Shown here one piece after another: positions 39,900 to 53,097 of a stretch of 64,000 bases of DNA. This stretch comes from Octopus sinensis (Eukaryota). Within the stretch, counting starts at the first letter, position 1. Each line of letters starts with the position of its first letter. The notes under the pieces were generated by a model, which saw only the letters and a program-made list of their open reading frames with translations, was not told where the DNA came from and did not search any database. The stretch is from contig NC_043004.1 of the NCBI RefSeq assembly GCF_006345805.1, forward strand, positions 42,470,001 to 42,534,000. The letters are read 5' to 3'. The position numbers and the translations under genes were made by a program.

Positions 39900-41500
39900 C
39901 TTACACTTATATGTCATTTACTTGGAAACACATTAATGTGGAGAAGATTCTAGGAGTTCGAAGTTCTGGGGGAAAATTGTTAGCGTGGAGCTTCGAGGGC
40001 TGGACGCGCTAAAAGTGACGACAATCAGAAAAGCTTGTGAGATGGAGCAAAATCGTTGGTTCAATAAGGTCAGCCATATCAGAGGAAGGGAATACATTTT
40101 AGCAACAACAGAAATAATGGCAGATGAGATACCTGTGAGAATTCAGGCGGGGGCGTATCCATTAGTAATTGAATTTTAATTAGTCGATTGGCCCTTCTCT
40201 AAATCCGTTTCAATTTGCTGGCAGCAGCAATATCTCAGGTGTTACAGCACTACTCCATTGTAAGCCTCAATTTATCGTCGTAGAGCGTCAGCAACTGTTG
40301 GGGTTGGAATATTTTCTGGTCCTAAATGGAATGGCTTGTATTTGTGATGCTGTCCTAGTATTTTCATCCATTATTAGGGGTGTGTCTGAGGTCAATGGGG
40401 TGTATGATACTAATAATTTCTTGAAAACCCCGCCTGTAATATGCAAATGCCACTTTGAGGTGGCTACTCGCTTTTCTGTTTTGTGTACGTTACTACTCTA
40501 TCTCTTCTTGAGATTTTATAACTAGCTATTTTGGTTGTTGTAAATCAGTGACCGGTGGTCACTTTGTTTACAATATATCGCTGGCAGAAGCGGATCTTAG
40601 CTATTACACCACACGCAGTTGTGCGCGGCTGATGTGAGCTAAATAGCTCGAAACTGGGCCAATCCCACGATCCTGTTAGTTGCTGGAGGGTAGTAGGGGT
40701 TCTGTTCCCCTGCTTGCGATGTATTGTATACAAAAGGTGCAGAACTTGCAACGAAAACCAGCTGGCAGGCAATCCGCCTGTGGGTAAACTAGTAGTAACA
40801 TTCAACTACCAATTTGATGTGGCCACTCGCTTTACTATTTAGGATACGTTACTACTCTGTCTCTCTGAGATTTTATAACTATTTTGCTTGTTGCAAATAA
40901 GTGACCGCTGCTCACTTGATTTACAATATATCGGTGGCAGAAGCAAGCAGAAGTGCTGAAGATTTTGCGATTAAAAAGGACAAGTCTGGTATATCCTCAT
41001 TAAAGGGCGATTTCAAAGTATCTATTAATAGAACCAACGCATGTTTGGTGTGAAGTGACTTCTTTTCACGTGGGTTGTGCATAGTTCTTGGAAGTGCTGG
41101 ATCATGGGCGTTAGACTGTTTCTTGCTGGATGTGGCAGAAAATGACAAGTAAAACATTGCTACGTAGAAATAAGAGAGAAGCAAATGAAATCTGGAGAGC
41201 ACCAGAAACGATTGGGAATGAGACAGTAAGAACTACCGTCAAAGGATCCCTGATAGTGTGATCTGATAGGAAGACACTGGACATGTGAGAGAGGTGGAGC
41301 CTGTAGGCGGCGAGCAGTTTCTATAGTTTTAAGAGGAGCCTGTAGACGGCGGGCAGTAATGATTTGTTTGTCTGCCCGCTACGGATGAAAATTTTACAAG
41401 TTTCTAGAGCTGGAGCAATACTTAAGTATAGTGGATGAGACATTGACAATGCTAGTGCCTTTCTTGTTTGTAGCACTTACTGCGAATTTTGAACTTGGTG
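39900..41500 (-). mobile_element. Degenerate I/Jockey-group LINE, 3' half, with an internal ~140-bp duplication
   Basis: LYDDKLRLTME.CCNT (like 'LYKAQ.RPTMEYC') and ANNFFPRTS.LL (like 'SFFPRTS.LWN'). The direct repeat lies at 40451-40591 and 40811-40944. Confidence 0.6.
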
Positions 41501-42563
41501 TATGAGAAAAAGAACTTCCTGGAATGAGTTGAATGGGTAATATTTGGGAGGGATTGAACAAATCTGAGTAGTGAGAATTTGCATGCAACTTATGTTGCAA
41601 AGATGGGTATTTTCTCTATGGATATATATCTTTTTGTACAAGTGAATATTTCTGCATGTGAATATACATATATCTATACTTCCATACAAAAATACATAGG
41701 TGTGTATCTACCTATCTATATGTGTAGAAACATACGTACGCACATTTATATAAAATTAACAGTCTGAGCATTTCCTATATAGAATGTTTTGAATAATAAC
41801 AGCTAATCTTCCACATTGAATTTGACTATTGTGACAGCGACACCAATTTGATTTTTATCGTTTTATCGTAGGTTCTCTTAAGCATTAATTACTAGTCGTA
41901 AATACCTGGTTTTTATTATCTCATATCATATGACAATCACTACTAAACCTTGAATGTTTAATATTCTTCAATTTCTGAAAAAGCATAGTGGTTGAGAAGA
42001 AGAATACAGAAGAAAATAGCTAAAAGTAAAAGAAAATAGGATGGAAATAGCAAAGCAGCAAAGCAGGAAATCGTATTGGCACACATTGATGATTCTTACT
42101 GATTTAAGTTAATTACACATATTGGCAGAAAGAAAGGTCAACGACAGCATCGAAATTGGAGATAGATATCAACGAACTGGAGGCAATTTAAAGATTTGTC
42201 AGTAGATTATTATTTGAAACTTTAGAGACTCAATGAATTACTCTTGATAATGCATTGTCTAAAAGACAAGGTATTTCACGAATGAGTTTACAAAAATGCC
42301 TACTTTACCAATATTCTCTTCGCTGTTCTTTCTGTGTTAATGGTGATACAAACCGAATTTTAAATTGTATGCGTTCCGTGTTTTATATTTTTGCCAAAAT
42401 TGTGTTATTTTTGTGCATTTTAGGGAGAACATTGATTTAAACCCGCAGTACACTTTCTACTTTCGTTGTTTATATAAATTTTAATACGATGCAAACCAAA
42501 AACAAGAAAATATATGATTATGCGTGCAAAAATATTTATGTAATATGAAATGGACAAACGCTC

Positions 42564-42830
42564 ATATCATCATCATTATCATCATTGTTCGACCGTGGTC
42601 GAGACAATGGAATTTACTATGTTACGCCAGACTTCACGGTCCATCATAGCATTACGGAGGTCTTGTTGCTGGATGCCTGTATCCCTGGAGATTACATCAG
42701 GGTAGGAGAGTGTGCGCCCTCTGGTATTGCGAGTAGATGGCTTCCAGAGGAGAAGAGTAGAAATTACTTCTTTTTCAGCTCTACAACAATGTCCAGCAAA
42801 CTGGACTCTCCTACCTTTCACAACGCTCAT
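42564..42830 (-). mobile_element. 5'-truncated RTE-type LINE 3' end with a (TGA)n tail
   Basis: Reads RRVQFAGHCCRAEKEVISTLLLWKP...GRTLSYPDVISRDTG...RNAMMDREVWR...STTVEQ* and is followed directly by a (TGA)n tail. Confidence 0.85.
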
Positions 42831-42856
42831 ATACAAGCACACACATACACACATGC

Positions 42857-42888
<32 letters not shown>

Positions 42889-45069
42889 TGGTATGTTTTT
42901 CATAGAATAATCTATGTAATAGGCGTCCATGTTAAATTCTTCTAAATGTCCTCTATTTACATAATATTGATGTCTTTTTCTTTCTTTCTTTTGTTATCTT
43001 ACCGTTACGGCGGTGCATCAGCATGGCCGCAGCTCTGAGCTGAAACTAGAGAAAAAAATTTATATATATTATGCTTTAGCTATTGTGCAGTGGCCCTTCT
43101 GTTACCGAACCTAGAAGGTTTAGTCAAACAATTTGACCTCAGTATTTTGTTTAACTCTTCTCCTTCTAAGGTCACTGAATGATGGCTCAGTGTACAGATC
43201 AGTACAGAGTAGAAATAGAGAGACATATGTATCTGTTTGTAAATGAATTCGATGAAGTGCTTGATGGTTTTGTAGGTCTTGCTCGATACTGAAATCTAGT
43301 TTTATGGGGACAAACATGACTCACGTTTGCATCAGTCTGTCGTAATCATTCTATCTCTCTTTTTTTTTAATTCCGAAAAAAAAAATTCAAAAATAATTAC
43401 ATATTTTCCCGTTTGTCTATTATGACATCAAAATAGATATTTCATTAGCATTTTATATTATATAACTTTTGCATTCATTTCTGCATATGAAATATGTAAA
43501 TCCCCAGTCGTCTAACGGATAGGGACTCTGTCAAAGGGCGAGTGTGATTCATATGTCAGTGCTATAAAGAATTACAAAATTTTGTAGAGGAAATAACTTA
43601 AAATTTCATCTCATAAAATTATTGCATTTCAAAATGGTGGTGATATCTTACGTGAATCTATGCCGTATAATGAAAATAAAACACTTCAAAACAAACAAGA
43701 AAAGTAAATATTGGTTTCAACTGTTAGCATAAAATCAGTAAGCTAGTGGAGATGGTATGTCATTTGCATCATCTCCAGTGTTCAACTGGGACTTATTGTA
43801 TCGATTTCAAAACGTTGAAAGGCAATGCCGACGTAGGTGCAATTTGAACTCAAAACGTAAAGACGGACGAAATGTCGCTAAGCATTTTGCCTGGGGTACT
43901 AACGATTCTACTAGCTTGCTGTCTCACGAAAAGTCCTTATTACTGACAGTCTCATCATTGTCAAATATATACTTATTCTAATTGAGGTCATATTCCGCTG
44001 AGATCGACTTTGCCTACATCCTTTTTTGGTTGATATTTGAATAATTGAACTTCAATTATTCTAAAGTGTAAAAAACACTTTTATAATATTTATGTAAGTA
44101 CACACGCATACTAACATATCACGTACACGCACACACAGACACACATAAATATCTACGCACACTGATACTCTGACACACAAACCCACATCCATGCACATAT
44201 GTATATTTGTACATACACATAGCATCCCGGAAAAATGCCTACTTGGATAATATAATCATACATCAGTTTTGTATTTACTGTTTATAATTTGTCTCCGTAT
44301 TTCAACCTTACTAATTCCATTTATGTTTTCAGGCTATTTTATATCAGGGTTATTAAGTTACATTAGGGCGTAAACAACACGAAACTAAAAAACAAACATA
44401 CGATCAGAAAATTAATGAACGAACTCAAAACTAAAATTAATTAGCGGATTCATTCAACTTGAAATTATTCTTCACGTTAATATTCAAATCACGATGTTGA
44501 TCTTTCTTAATGAAAAATACATTGAAGGAATGAAAAAATGACTTTGTAATAACTCTGTGAGAAATAGAGACATTGATTACTTTCTAACTTATTTCGGCTT
44601 TTCCATCCATTTCCATTCAAAACTGTTGCTGTCCTCTGATCATTACACTGTACAACAACAGTTTATAAATTTAAAGAACGTTTTCTTCAATAAGGAAAAT
44701 CAATTTCATTCTTGTTTTCCTAAGAGATTTCAAACAATATTATTAAATTAGAACCGTTTACCTTCCATTGCAACTACACTTTTAATGTAAAGACTTCGTT
44801 ATAATTTACCAATCAAGAAACGAAAACGTCCTTTGTAATTAATGTTGTACATAAAGGAACAATTGTAATGCATTTTGTTTCACGAACATTTGGCACCTCC
44901 GAAACTTTTATCAGTGGATCAATTTCTCCGGAACCTCTACTCAACACAGTAGTTGAAATCATGATTTCGGCATTTCCTTTTGTCCTTCTGGAGCATAGCA
45001 ATTCGATTCTGAAATAACAGAATGGGTTAATGTATGGAATTTCGGTTCGAGTACAAATCGTATATTATG

Positions 45070-47820
45070 AAACATAGTGGACGATACATAGAAGAGGGAC
45101 ATTGAGGTTAAACGTGATAACATCCAACAAACACAACGATTAACAAACAGATTAAATTAACAATATGCTTCCCTTATAGGTGGGAGTTCCACTTGAAGGT
45201 GATTAAGGAGACCTCATGCACTTTGGAACCCTTAACACCAACGACTCCCCCGGAAGGTATCCTTTCTTCTCCTTTCCTTCTGCCCTGCAGGCGCACACGT
45301 AGAGGAGCCCATTAACTAGGGCCATCCCTGCCACATTCATCCACCTTTCAACGAACTTATTGGGTGACAATTCCTCCCTCGCCAGCCTAACTTTCCTTTT
45401 CAGGTGGAAACTGAAAAATTTAATGAGGCCCTATCCAAAGAGGAAGGAACCTGTCTTTGACCCTTTCAATCGCGTCCACCACCAAACTCTTTTGCAATAG
45501 CCACCAGACAGAGAAAAAGTGCCCACCAGGCCTGCCAAAGAAAAGTGGCGGGGCAATCTTCACAAAAAATTCAGAGGATAGCAGGATCCGTCCTACTTGT
45601 GACAAAGTTCCACAATTCAGCAATGTGCAGGCACTGTGCGAGATCACGTAGAACGGTTTCATCGTACACCCGTGCCTGTAGAGCTCATCTGTACACCCGT
45701 GCCTGTAGAGCTTATCGCACAACTGACAGCGCATCCAAGTAGCGTTGTCAGGCCAGCTTCTGAAAACGTAAACAAAACCAGCTACACTGAGGACAACTTC
45801 AAAGTACAGTTCCTACTTTAAGAATCGCCATGCTGGACAGGAAGTAAGGAAAGGAAAAAGGGATGTCACCTACCTTCCTGGTAGTGTTTGTAGTCGAGTG
45901 CCTCTCCCACCCAGTCTGTTTTGTTGGGTTATTCTGGGAACACTATTAACAGCTGTTTGCTTGCCGTAACACTGGGCGATGTAATGTCATACATCTAATG
46001 TCTAATGTTCGTATAAGTCTCTAATGTCATTCGTATCATCATGCGGCTCTCCGGTACTCTAAACGTGTTGGGGATGCAGATTACCTCCTCTGTTTCAATG
46101 TTCACATTTTGAGCTATGAGGGCCATGTGCTTATCATTGGCAGTCCTCACTAGCAGAAAGTTCCGCCGCTGTGCGGATGATTGCTGTTGTTGTAGTGGCA
46201 TTTTTCTTTGTAAAGTTTGTTGCGTTTTTGATTATCTTGTAGGGGTTTGTGATGGTGATTGTAGTGTTGGTGTTGTTGTCAGTGTGTCTATGTTTGCCGT
46301 TTCTTGGATTTCTCCGTTTTTTGTTTCTCTCTTTCTTCGTTCTTTTGCATTTCTTTCATCACTTGGATGCGTGGAGGAGTCCGTGTCTTGTATGTTTTCC
46401 TCTCGATTTGATTGTTGTGGTTATCTTGTATTGGTAGTAGTAGTTGTTGTTGCTGCTGCTACTGTAGCTTCCGCATCTGTTGCTCGTACTACTCCCACTG
46501 CCACCTTTACCGTAACACCTGCCTGTTTTGTCTCCGAGGGTTCCATTTCTGTTTCTATTCCTTTGCCTTCCTGTTGTTGAAGTTGTTGTAGTTTTTCTCG
46601 ACACACGGGTTGCGGTACTCTGGTTTCGGCATTTCTTTCTGCCCTTCAGTTATGGTTCTGTGGGCAGAAAGACAGTAAAAGGGCCGTTGAACCACAATCG
46701 TGGCACCTCGGCCTTCTGCCTTCCACGTTCCATTCTAGTTCTACTGCATTCGAGAGGGAGATCAGGTTTGGGAATTTCTCTAACTGCTCTGGATTCCCGT
46801 GAACATCCTCTAGTGTAGTCCCAACCCATCGATCTTTTAACGTCTAGATTTTGGCTGCCGTCCCTACAAATACTTGCGAGAATCTAACATAGATCCGAGC
46901 CTGGTGGGACTGTAGGGACTGTAATTCGTACCGCCCTCCATCCCATGTACGTTGGGAAGAGGGCTATTTCCTCGGTACGATGTGTGGTCACCAAGTTCTG
47001 TATCACCTACTTCTCATTGTTAAAATGGACCGCTATTCCTTAGTTCTGCCTCACCCGCCTAATGTGGCGGGTATTTTACTATATGTCTTTCAAGGTTTTT
47101 TCCACGTGGTCGCGTTTAGCATTTTCGAGCTTCCTTGTCTTTGTGGTTACACCTATAAACCACTATTCGTTTCGCTGTTGCTTCTAGCACGTCGTTTGAA
47201 GGTGCCAGTTCTGCTTTCCTTCCATTCGTTTTCATAAATTTCTGCTGCCTTGTTTAGTTCCTCTATTTTCTTCTCCAATGAGATGTCAACCCATTCCTTA
47301 GCTGCTGTTATATTTGCGGAACTTTCTTTCCTATCGCTAACTCCATTTTTGTAAGAGGCTTCGAAATCGCTTTTGTTTTGCGTGCTACTACAATTCCCAT
47401 GCAGTGAGTAAAACTTTACCCCTCCTTCCTCTCGCTATCTTTCTGCTTTTCCTCTCCTCTCTTCTTTTCTTGACTTTTCACTTCTTCATCTTTCTTTACT
47501 TCCTGCTGGCTGCTGCCAATCATGGTGGGAGGACAGAGAAGTCCTCGTGAGTATTGCTGTTCTACCTTCCTTCCTCACTCCCGCTTTTCGTCACTATCTT
47601 CACTGTTTAATTTCTTCGAAGCAAATCTTGCAAGAAATTTGAAAATAAAAAAAAGTTTCTATCTCCCCCAAAATGGCATTTCACTTAACAAACGTCAGCC
47701 ACCCTACCAAAGGGCAGCTGGCTTGAAATACGCTTTAGCCAATAAAATACAGTTTTGAACCTTTTAAAACAAATGAATTTAACATAAAATTACAGCGCTC
47801 CAAAAACACACCGCCTACTC
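45070..47820 (-). mobile_element. Tx1/L1-like non-LTR retrotransposon, internally deleted (ORF1 relic plus fused ORF2 termini)
   Basis: ORF1-like region from ATG 47523 with a gag knuckle CHDCGSTA(L)LLSFC at 46705-46664 (CX2CX4HX4C with H to L). Putative ORF2 start MAILKVGTV at 45831. Within about 130 bp the C-terminal DETVLRDLAQCLHIAELW...WTRLKG...FHLKRKVR...FVERW begins. No EN or RT domain is present. Confidence 0.75.
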
Positions 47821-47824
47821 TGGC

Positions 47825-47865
<41 letters not shown>

Positions 47866-48271
47866 GGATCTTTTCGGTTTGAACGGCAGTTTTTTCTAGC
47901 GGTGTCGTATGGAATTGTCACCCATAAGTATGACCCTAGTATCGATCTATTGCATTCCAATCTGTTTTAGGGTTAGAGTTATGGGTGGGGGAAGGGTATC
48001 TTTTTTTTTTCCCAATTGTAAATAAACCCAATCTGTTTCTTAAACGAGGGACATATTCAAACGGCACAGAAGGTTTTTACCTCAATAGACGCCAGTCATT
48101 GGTTGAAATCGCAGAAAAAGCGCAACAAATATCTTACAAGCTATAGAATTTTCTCAATAAAGCTAAGAGAAAAAGATGTTTTATCAACACATTCTACCAG
48201 TATACCAAGTTTAAATTTTTTGAGTTATCTAGAAATTATGTTAAAAACTGCCGTTCAAACCGAAAAGATCC
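47866..48271. mobile_element. 406-bp MITE with perfect 29-bp TIRs inserted in (TAA)n
   Basis: GGATCTTTTCGGTTTGAACGGCAGTTTTT at 47866-47894 and its exact reverse complement at 48243-48271. (TAA)n lies on both sides. Confidence 0.93.
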
Positions 48272-48316
48272 AATAATAATTATTATTAATATTATTATTA
48301 TTTATTATTATTATTA

Positions 48317-48356
<40 letters not shown>

Positions 48357-48663
48357 GCTATCATTATTATTATGACAAGAATATTTCTCACTGTTATAAC
48401 AGATATCATCAGTAACCACATCGTTACCATGACCACCAAAAGCAAATAAAAAATAGAAAGCAACAGCAATGTTAGACGTCATTGAAGAAAATGTCAGCAC
48501 TTGATACCATAGAAATCTACAATATATAGATAGTGGATAAATAATTCAAATTATCATGAATGTAATCCGTATCAAACACAAGTAATTTGTTGTTGATTTT
48601 CTTGTAAACATTAGTGTCATACTCCGTATGTCATTACACATCGTTAGTCTGTTTACATCAATG

Positions 48664-49032
48664 TGTGGAGGCGCAATGGCCCAGTGGTCGGAGGATCGCG
48701 GTTTCGATTTCCAGACCGGGCATTGTGAGTGTTTATTGAGCGAAAACACCTAAAGCTCCACGAGGCTCCGGCAGGGGGTGGTGGTGAACCCTGCTGTACT
48801 CTTTCACCACAACTTTCTCTCGCTCTTTCTACCTGTTTCTCTTGTACCTGTATTTCAAAGGGCCAGCCTTGTCACATTCTGTGTGTCACGCTGAATCTCC
48901 TCGAGAACTACGTTAAGGGTACACGTGTCTGTGGAGTGCTCAGCCACTTGCACGTTAATATCACGAGCAAGCTGTTCCGTTGATCGTATCAGCTGGGACC
49001 CTCATCGTCGCAACCGACAGAGTGCTCCTATA
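48664..49032 (+). mobile_element. tRNA-derived SINE, family B, with a small deletion in the head
   Basis: 13-bp TSD TACATCAATGTGT at 48654-48666 and 49033-49045. Confidence 0.92.
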
Positions 49033-49232
49033 TACATCAATGTGTAAAGCAGTACTAATACTGAAATATGTATGATACAGACAACCGCATTTGTACATGT
49101 GCACAGGCATATATATATATATTCATTACAGATATAGGGTGAAATATAATTAATTTAATAAACTCAACAAATTTCACCTAGTAGTAATTCGGTATAGAAA
49201 AGGACCATATTCGGTAAAAATTTATATAATTA

Positions 49233-49587
49233 TAATAATAAGGATTTTTGCAACAAGTTACTTAACCACATACCGAAAATTTTAGAAATACCAGCCAAAA
49301 GACTACTATTTTCTTTTACTACAAAAATCTAGCATTTCTAGATTTATAGGAATATTATGTCGATAAAGGAAATGAGTCTTATGATTCTAATTTAGAAACG
49401 TACGTCCATAATTAACCGAAGACTGTCTGATTTCATTAATTTTCTTCTTTTTTGCCATATGTGAGTTACAAATATTGTTGTGTGTGGAGACTTATTTTTG
49501 TAATAAAAGGAAATAGTAGTCTTTTGGCCGTTATTTCTACATTTTTCGGTATGTGGTTAAGCAACTTGTTGCAGAAACCCTTATTAC

Positions 49588-49589
<2 letters not shown>
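49233..49589. mobile_element. ~357-bp MITE with ~93-bp imperfect TIRs
   Basis: 49236-49328 and 49494-49586 are reverse complements (TAATAAGG.TTT.TGCAACAAGTT.CTTAACCACATACCGAAAAT...) with about ten differences. The flanks are TA-rich. Confidence 0.85.
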
Positions 49590-49646
<57 letters not shown>

Positions 49647-50129
49647 GAAGAAAGCTATAGTGAAATATTGAGAAACTAGAGATAACTAAAAATATAGAAA
49701 GCAAAATTAAAAATGGCAAATGTATGAAATAAAACGTTAAATAATATATCGAAAAATATATAAAAATGACCGCTAGTTGTCTGGAAAATAATAAGAAAAA
49801 TGTCGTTGGTAGTACGATTAGGAAGCTATTGGCAACATAATTGGGAATGATATTTAGAATATATATATCCAGTAGCCAGCTGTATTTTGGTTGTAGTGTA
49901 GTAATGTAGTTCCAAGGGAGTTGAGAGAAAACACTAACAGCAATACAGAATGAAAAATTGAAAACAATTATGATTAGGTTTTGAGAAAATTTCGGTGTGA
50001 GATTCAAATTTTGGGATGGTGGAATATTTTAAAGAACAGAACCAAAACTATAAAGAATATTTACGAGAAAAATAAATTTTCAAATTATGATGACAAATTA
50101 ATTAGTGTAAGAAAAACTGATTGAGCAAA

Positions 50130-50900
50130 GACTAGTCTTTGTTCTGAGCACATCTTTATTGGTTTTGAATCTACCTGTACCCTAAAAGTCCACTAAATGA
50201 TGACAATTTTCAGACATGCGGTAAAGAACTTTGGTGCTCCTTACTAGACACTTTTCCCAATTGGAATATTTACTAGAGGCACTGTATATTTTGTGCATAT
50301 AGGGTTCACATTTCTGAACAGTTTGGGTTATTGTTGCGCCACCTTGCATTTACAGGAAATTCAGCAATGTATCCATCTCGACGCCATAAAAGGCATTTTC
50401 GTAACCAACGAAAGAGATATACAGAAGAATCTCGTTCTGTGAAATATGTTACACTGAATATGTGATCTCTCGCACTGTAGGTCATACAGAAACCTGCTAT
50501 TGGTCATCGATGTGTTTCGATAGTCAGTTGAATATGACCTTTTTTAAACGAATAACAGAGGTGAAACATTAGTTATATAGGTTGAAGGTTTTTAAAACTT
50601 AACTGTCCTGTTATGAAGCAAGATGGCATTCAAGTCGGTCAGCTAGAGATTGAAGCGCAAAAAGAGGGGTTTTGTACCGTTCTTAACTTCTGATCATAAC
50701 ATCTCTCTTGTGATTACATCCTTCCCAGGTGCTCTCTCTGTTTTCATCAATTTGAAGGCATTTCGAATTTCACTGACCAGAATGCATACATTAAGTGTAG
50801 ACAAGGGGGATTGAATGGAGCAAGCACGCTTTGTTGCATAATACAACGATTGTTTCATTTCGATTTTACCAGCAGATACTTGCCGAAATACTATCATAAA
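50130..50900 (-). pseudogene. RTE-type LINE RT N-terminal relic
   Basis: Reads EIRNAFKLMKTERAPGKDVITREML, then AGFCMTYSARDHIFSVT and FVGYENAFYGVE (like 'FVDYEKAFDSVE'). Confidence 0.8.
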
Positions 50901-51869
50901 TCAAATCTGTTAAATGAGATATCTTAGGAATCTTATTTCAGCAACATCCATCAGTGTAGGTTCTTTAGTTATGAATGTAATATGTTGACTAAATTAGAAC
51001 ATCTTCCACAGAAAATGTTCCTCACGTTGATGTTACAATAATTTCAACAACGTATCAAAAACTGCAAATGCTGTTCAACAGATCAAGAAAAGGGATGTAA
51101 AATGGCCGATTGACGTCATGACGTATGTCAGGGTGTATGCTACGTTACAAAACTGCAGTTCCGTTTTTTAAAAATACTTTTTGAATAAATACATGGAATG
51201 AAGATGTTTTTGCAGCGCAACATATAAATAAAAATTTCAACTGAAATGCTCCACAAACAGCATGTTGCATGATTCATGCGTTTATGATATGCTATTCCTT
51301 AGATGATTAAAGCTTTCAAATGTAAATACAACCGAGTATTTTTGTATTTTTGTGTTATCTTGTTATGATTTGATTTCTTAGTTTTAATAGCATTTTATAG
51401 AATGACGTTATTTTTTGGAATAGCATAAACTTCCATAATTTTCTACACTAGATATTTCCAGTATTTATATCCTATTTTTCAGAAATGTGCTTTTGGGTAT
51501 CTTAAAACGATCGTACAGTTATCGTGTGTTTTTCAAAAGAATTTGAATCTCTTACCTTGAAGCAATATTCCTAATTTTTCATCAACAAAGTTCTGAAGGA
51601 AAGGAAATAACGAAATGTAGTATTTTTACTTCAAGCTATGATATTAAAAGATCGACCACTCAAAACTGCAAGAAATCAATATGGAACTAAAATACTATTA
51701 AGAGATGTATGAAACATATTAAGTACATCTCTCCATTTCATCCTACCTCCGTCTCACTCTGTGTCTGTCTTTGTCTTTCTGCCTGTCTGTCTGCCCGTCT
51801 TTATCTCTCTCCCACTATATATGTATCTATCTATCTATCGATCGATCGAGCAATCTATATACATACATT

Positions 51870-52180
51870 AATACATACATATATATACATATATATCGGT
51901 GTGAATAAATACACGTATGCATGGAAATATATATATATATAAATATGCGCGTGTGTTCGTGTGTATATATATGTATATATATATATGAATATAAATATAT
52001 ATATATGTATGTATATATATATATTATATATATATATACATATATATATATATCTATATATACATACATATATACATATATATATATACATACATATACA
52101 TATATATATATATAATATATATATATACATATATATATATATACATATATATTTACATATATATATATACATATATATAT

Positions 52181-52220
<40 letters not shown>

Positions 52221-52277
52221 GCATACATATAGTTTTTGCTATATGTATATATATATACATATATATATACATATATA

Positions 52278-52309
<32 letters not shown>

Positions 52310-52380
52310 CATATATATATACATATATATGTATATATATATATATACATATATATATACATATATATACATATAGCAAA
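51870..52380. repeat. ~500-bp degenerate (TA)n/(TATACA)n array
   Basis: Directly visible, and the source of several spurious YI-repeat ORFs. Confidence 0.95.
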
Positions 52381-52869
52381 AACTACATCTATGCATATGT
52401 ATTCACGCTGGCAAATTGAATTTGCACGCATTCCTCACTGCAATAGACAGTTTAATTAGCAGAACAACTATATGTCTGTGAAACAAATTACCTACTTGTT
52501 GTGTGATGCTTTCAAGGATAAACATTGTAAGGCGAATTATAGGTTCATTATCATTCAGGCACTCTACACATTTTTTATTTTCTGTTGGTGGTTACTTATA
52601 CGCATATCCTTTCACGGAAAAAGAGACAAATACGTATATATACGCAAGCATGGGCACATCTGCTCTTGCCTATACGCAGACGCAGATGCCCATATTTACA
52701 TAATCACATTTATAGACACTATCTGTCTTTTCCTGTACATATGTCCACCATCGTTTTATACTTTGGAACTGAGTGTCTATCTATTTTGTTCCATAACATA
52801 TTTATCACACGCAGAGACACACTAGCACACCACTCATTTCTGTACACCCCCACAATACACGTAAACACA

Positions 52870-52939
<70 letters not shown>

Positions 52940-53097
52940 GTATGTATGCATAACTACAGCGTTACGCACATATAATACACATATGTATAAGTGCATACAT
53001 GCATATATATGTGTGTGCGCCCGCGAGTGTCTGTTTGTGCGTGTTTATTTCGGACCTCACGTTCTCTCTCTTTCTGAATATATATATATATATATAT

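Noticed and set aside
44810-45008. Minus-strand segment with an acceptor (TTATTTCAG) and donor (TG|GTAAAT), overlapping ORF 44813-45001
   Set aside because: All three frames hit a stop before the donor, I recognise no protein, and there is no partner exon. It cannot be supported without RNA data.
46116-46818. Plus-strand Val/Cys/Ser-rich ORFs (154 aa, 96 aa)
   Set aside because: They are antisense to the Thr/Gln-rich tail of the Tx1-like ORF1.
47967-47985. TTAGGG-like run as an interstitial telomere
   Set aside because: It has only 2-3 degenerate units and is internal to a MITE.
50367-50465. Plus-strand basic mini-ORF MYPSRRHKRHFRNQRKRY... after an AG acceptor
   Set aside because: It is the antisense of the RTE RT relic (FVGYENAFYGVE region).
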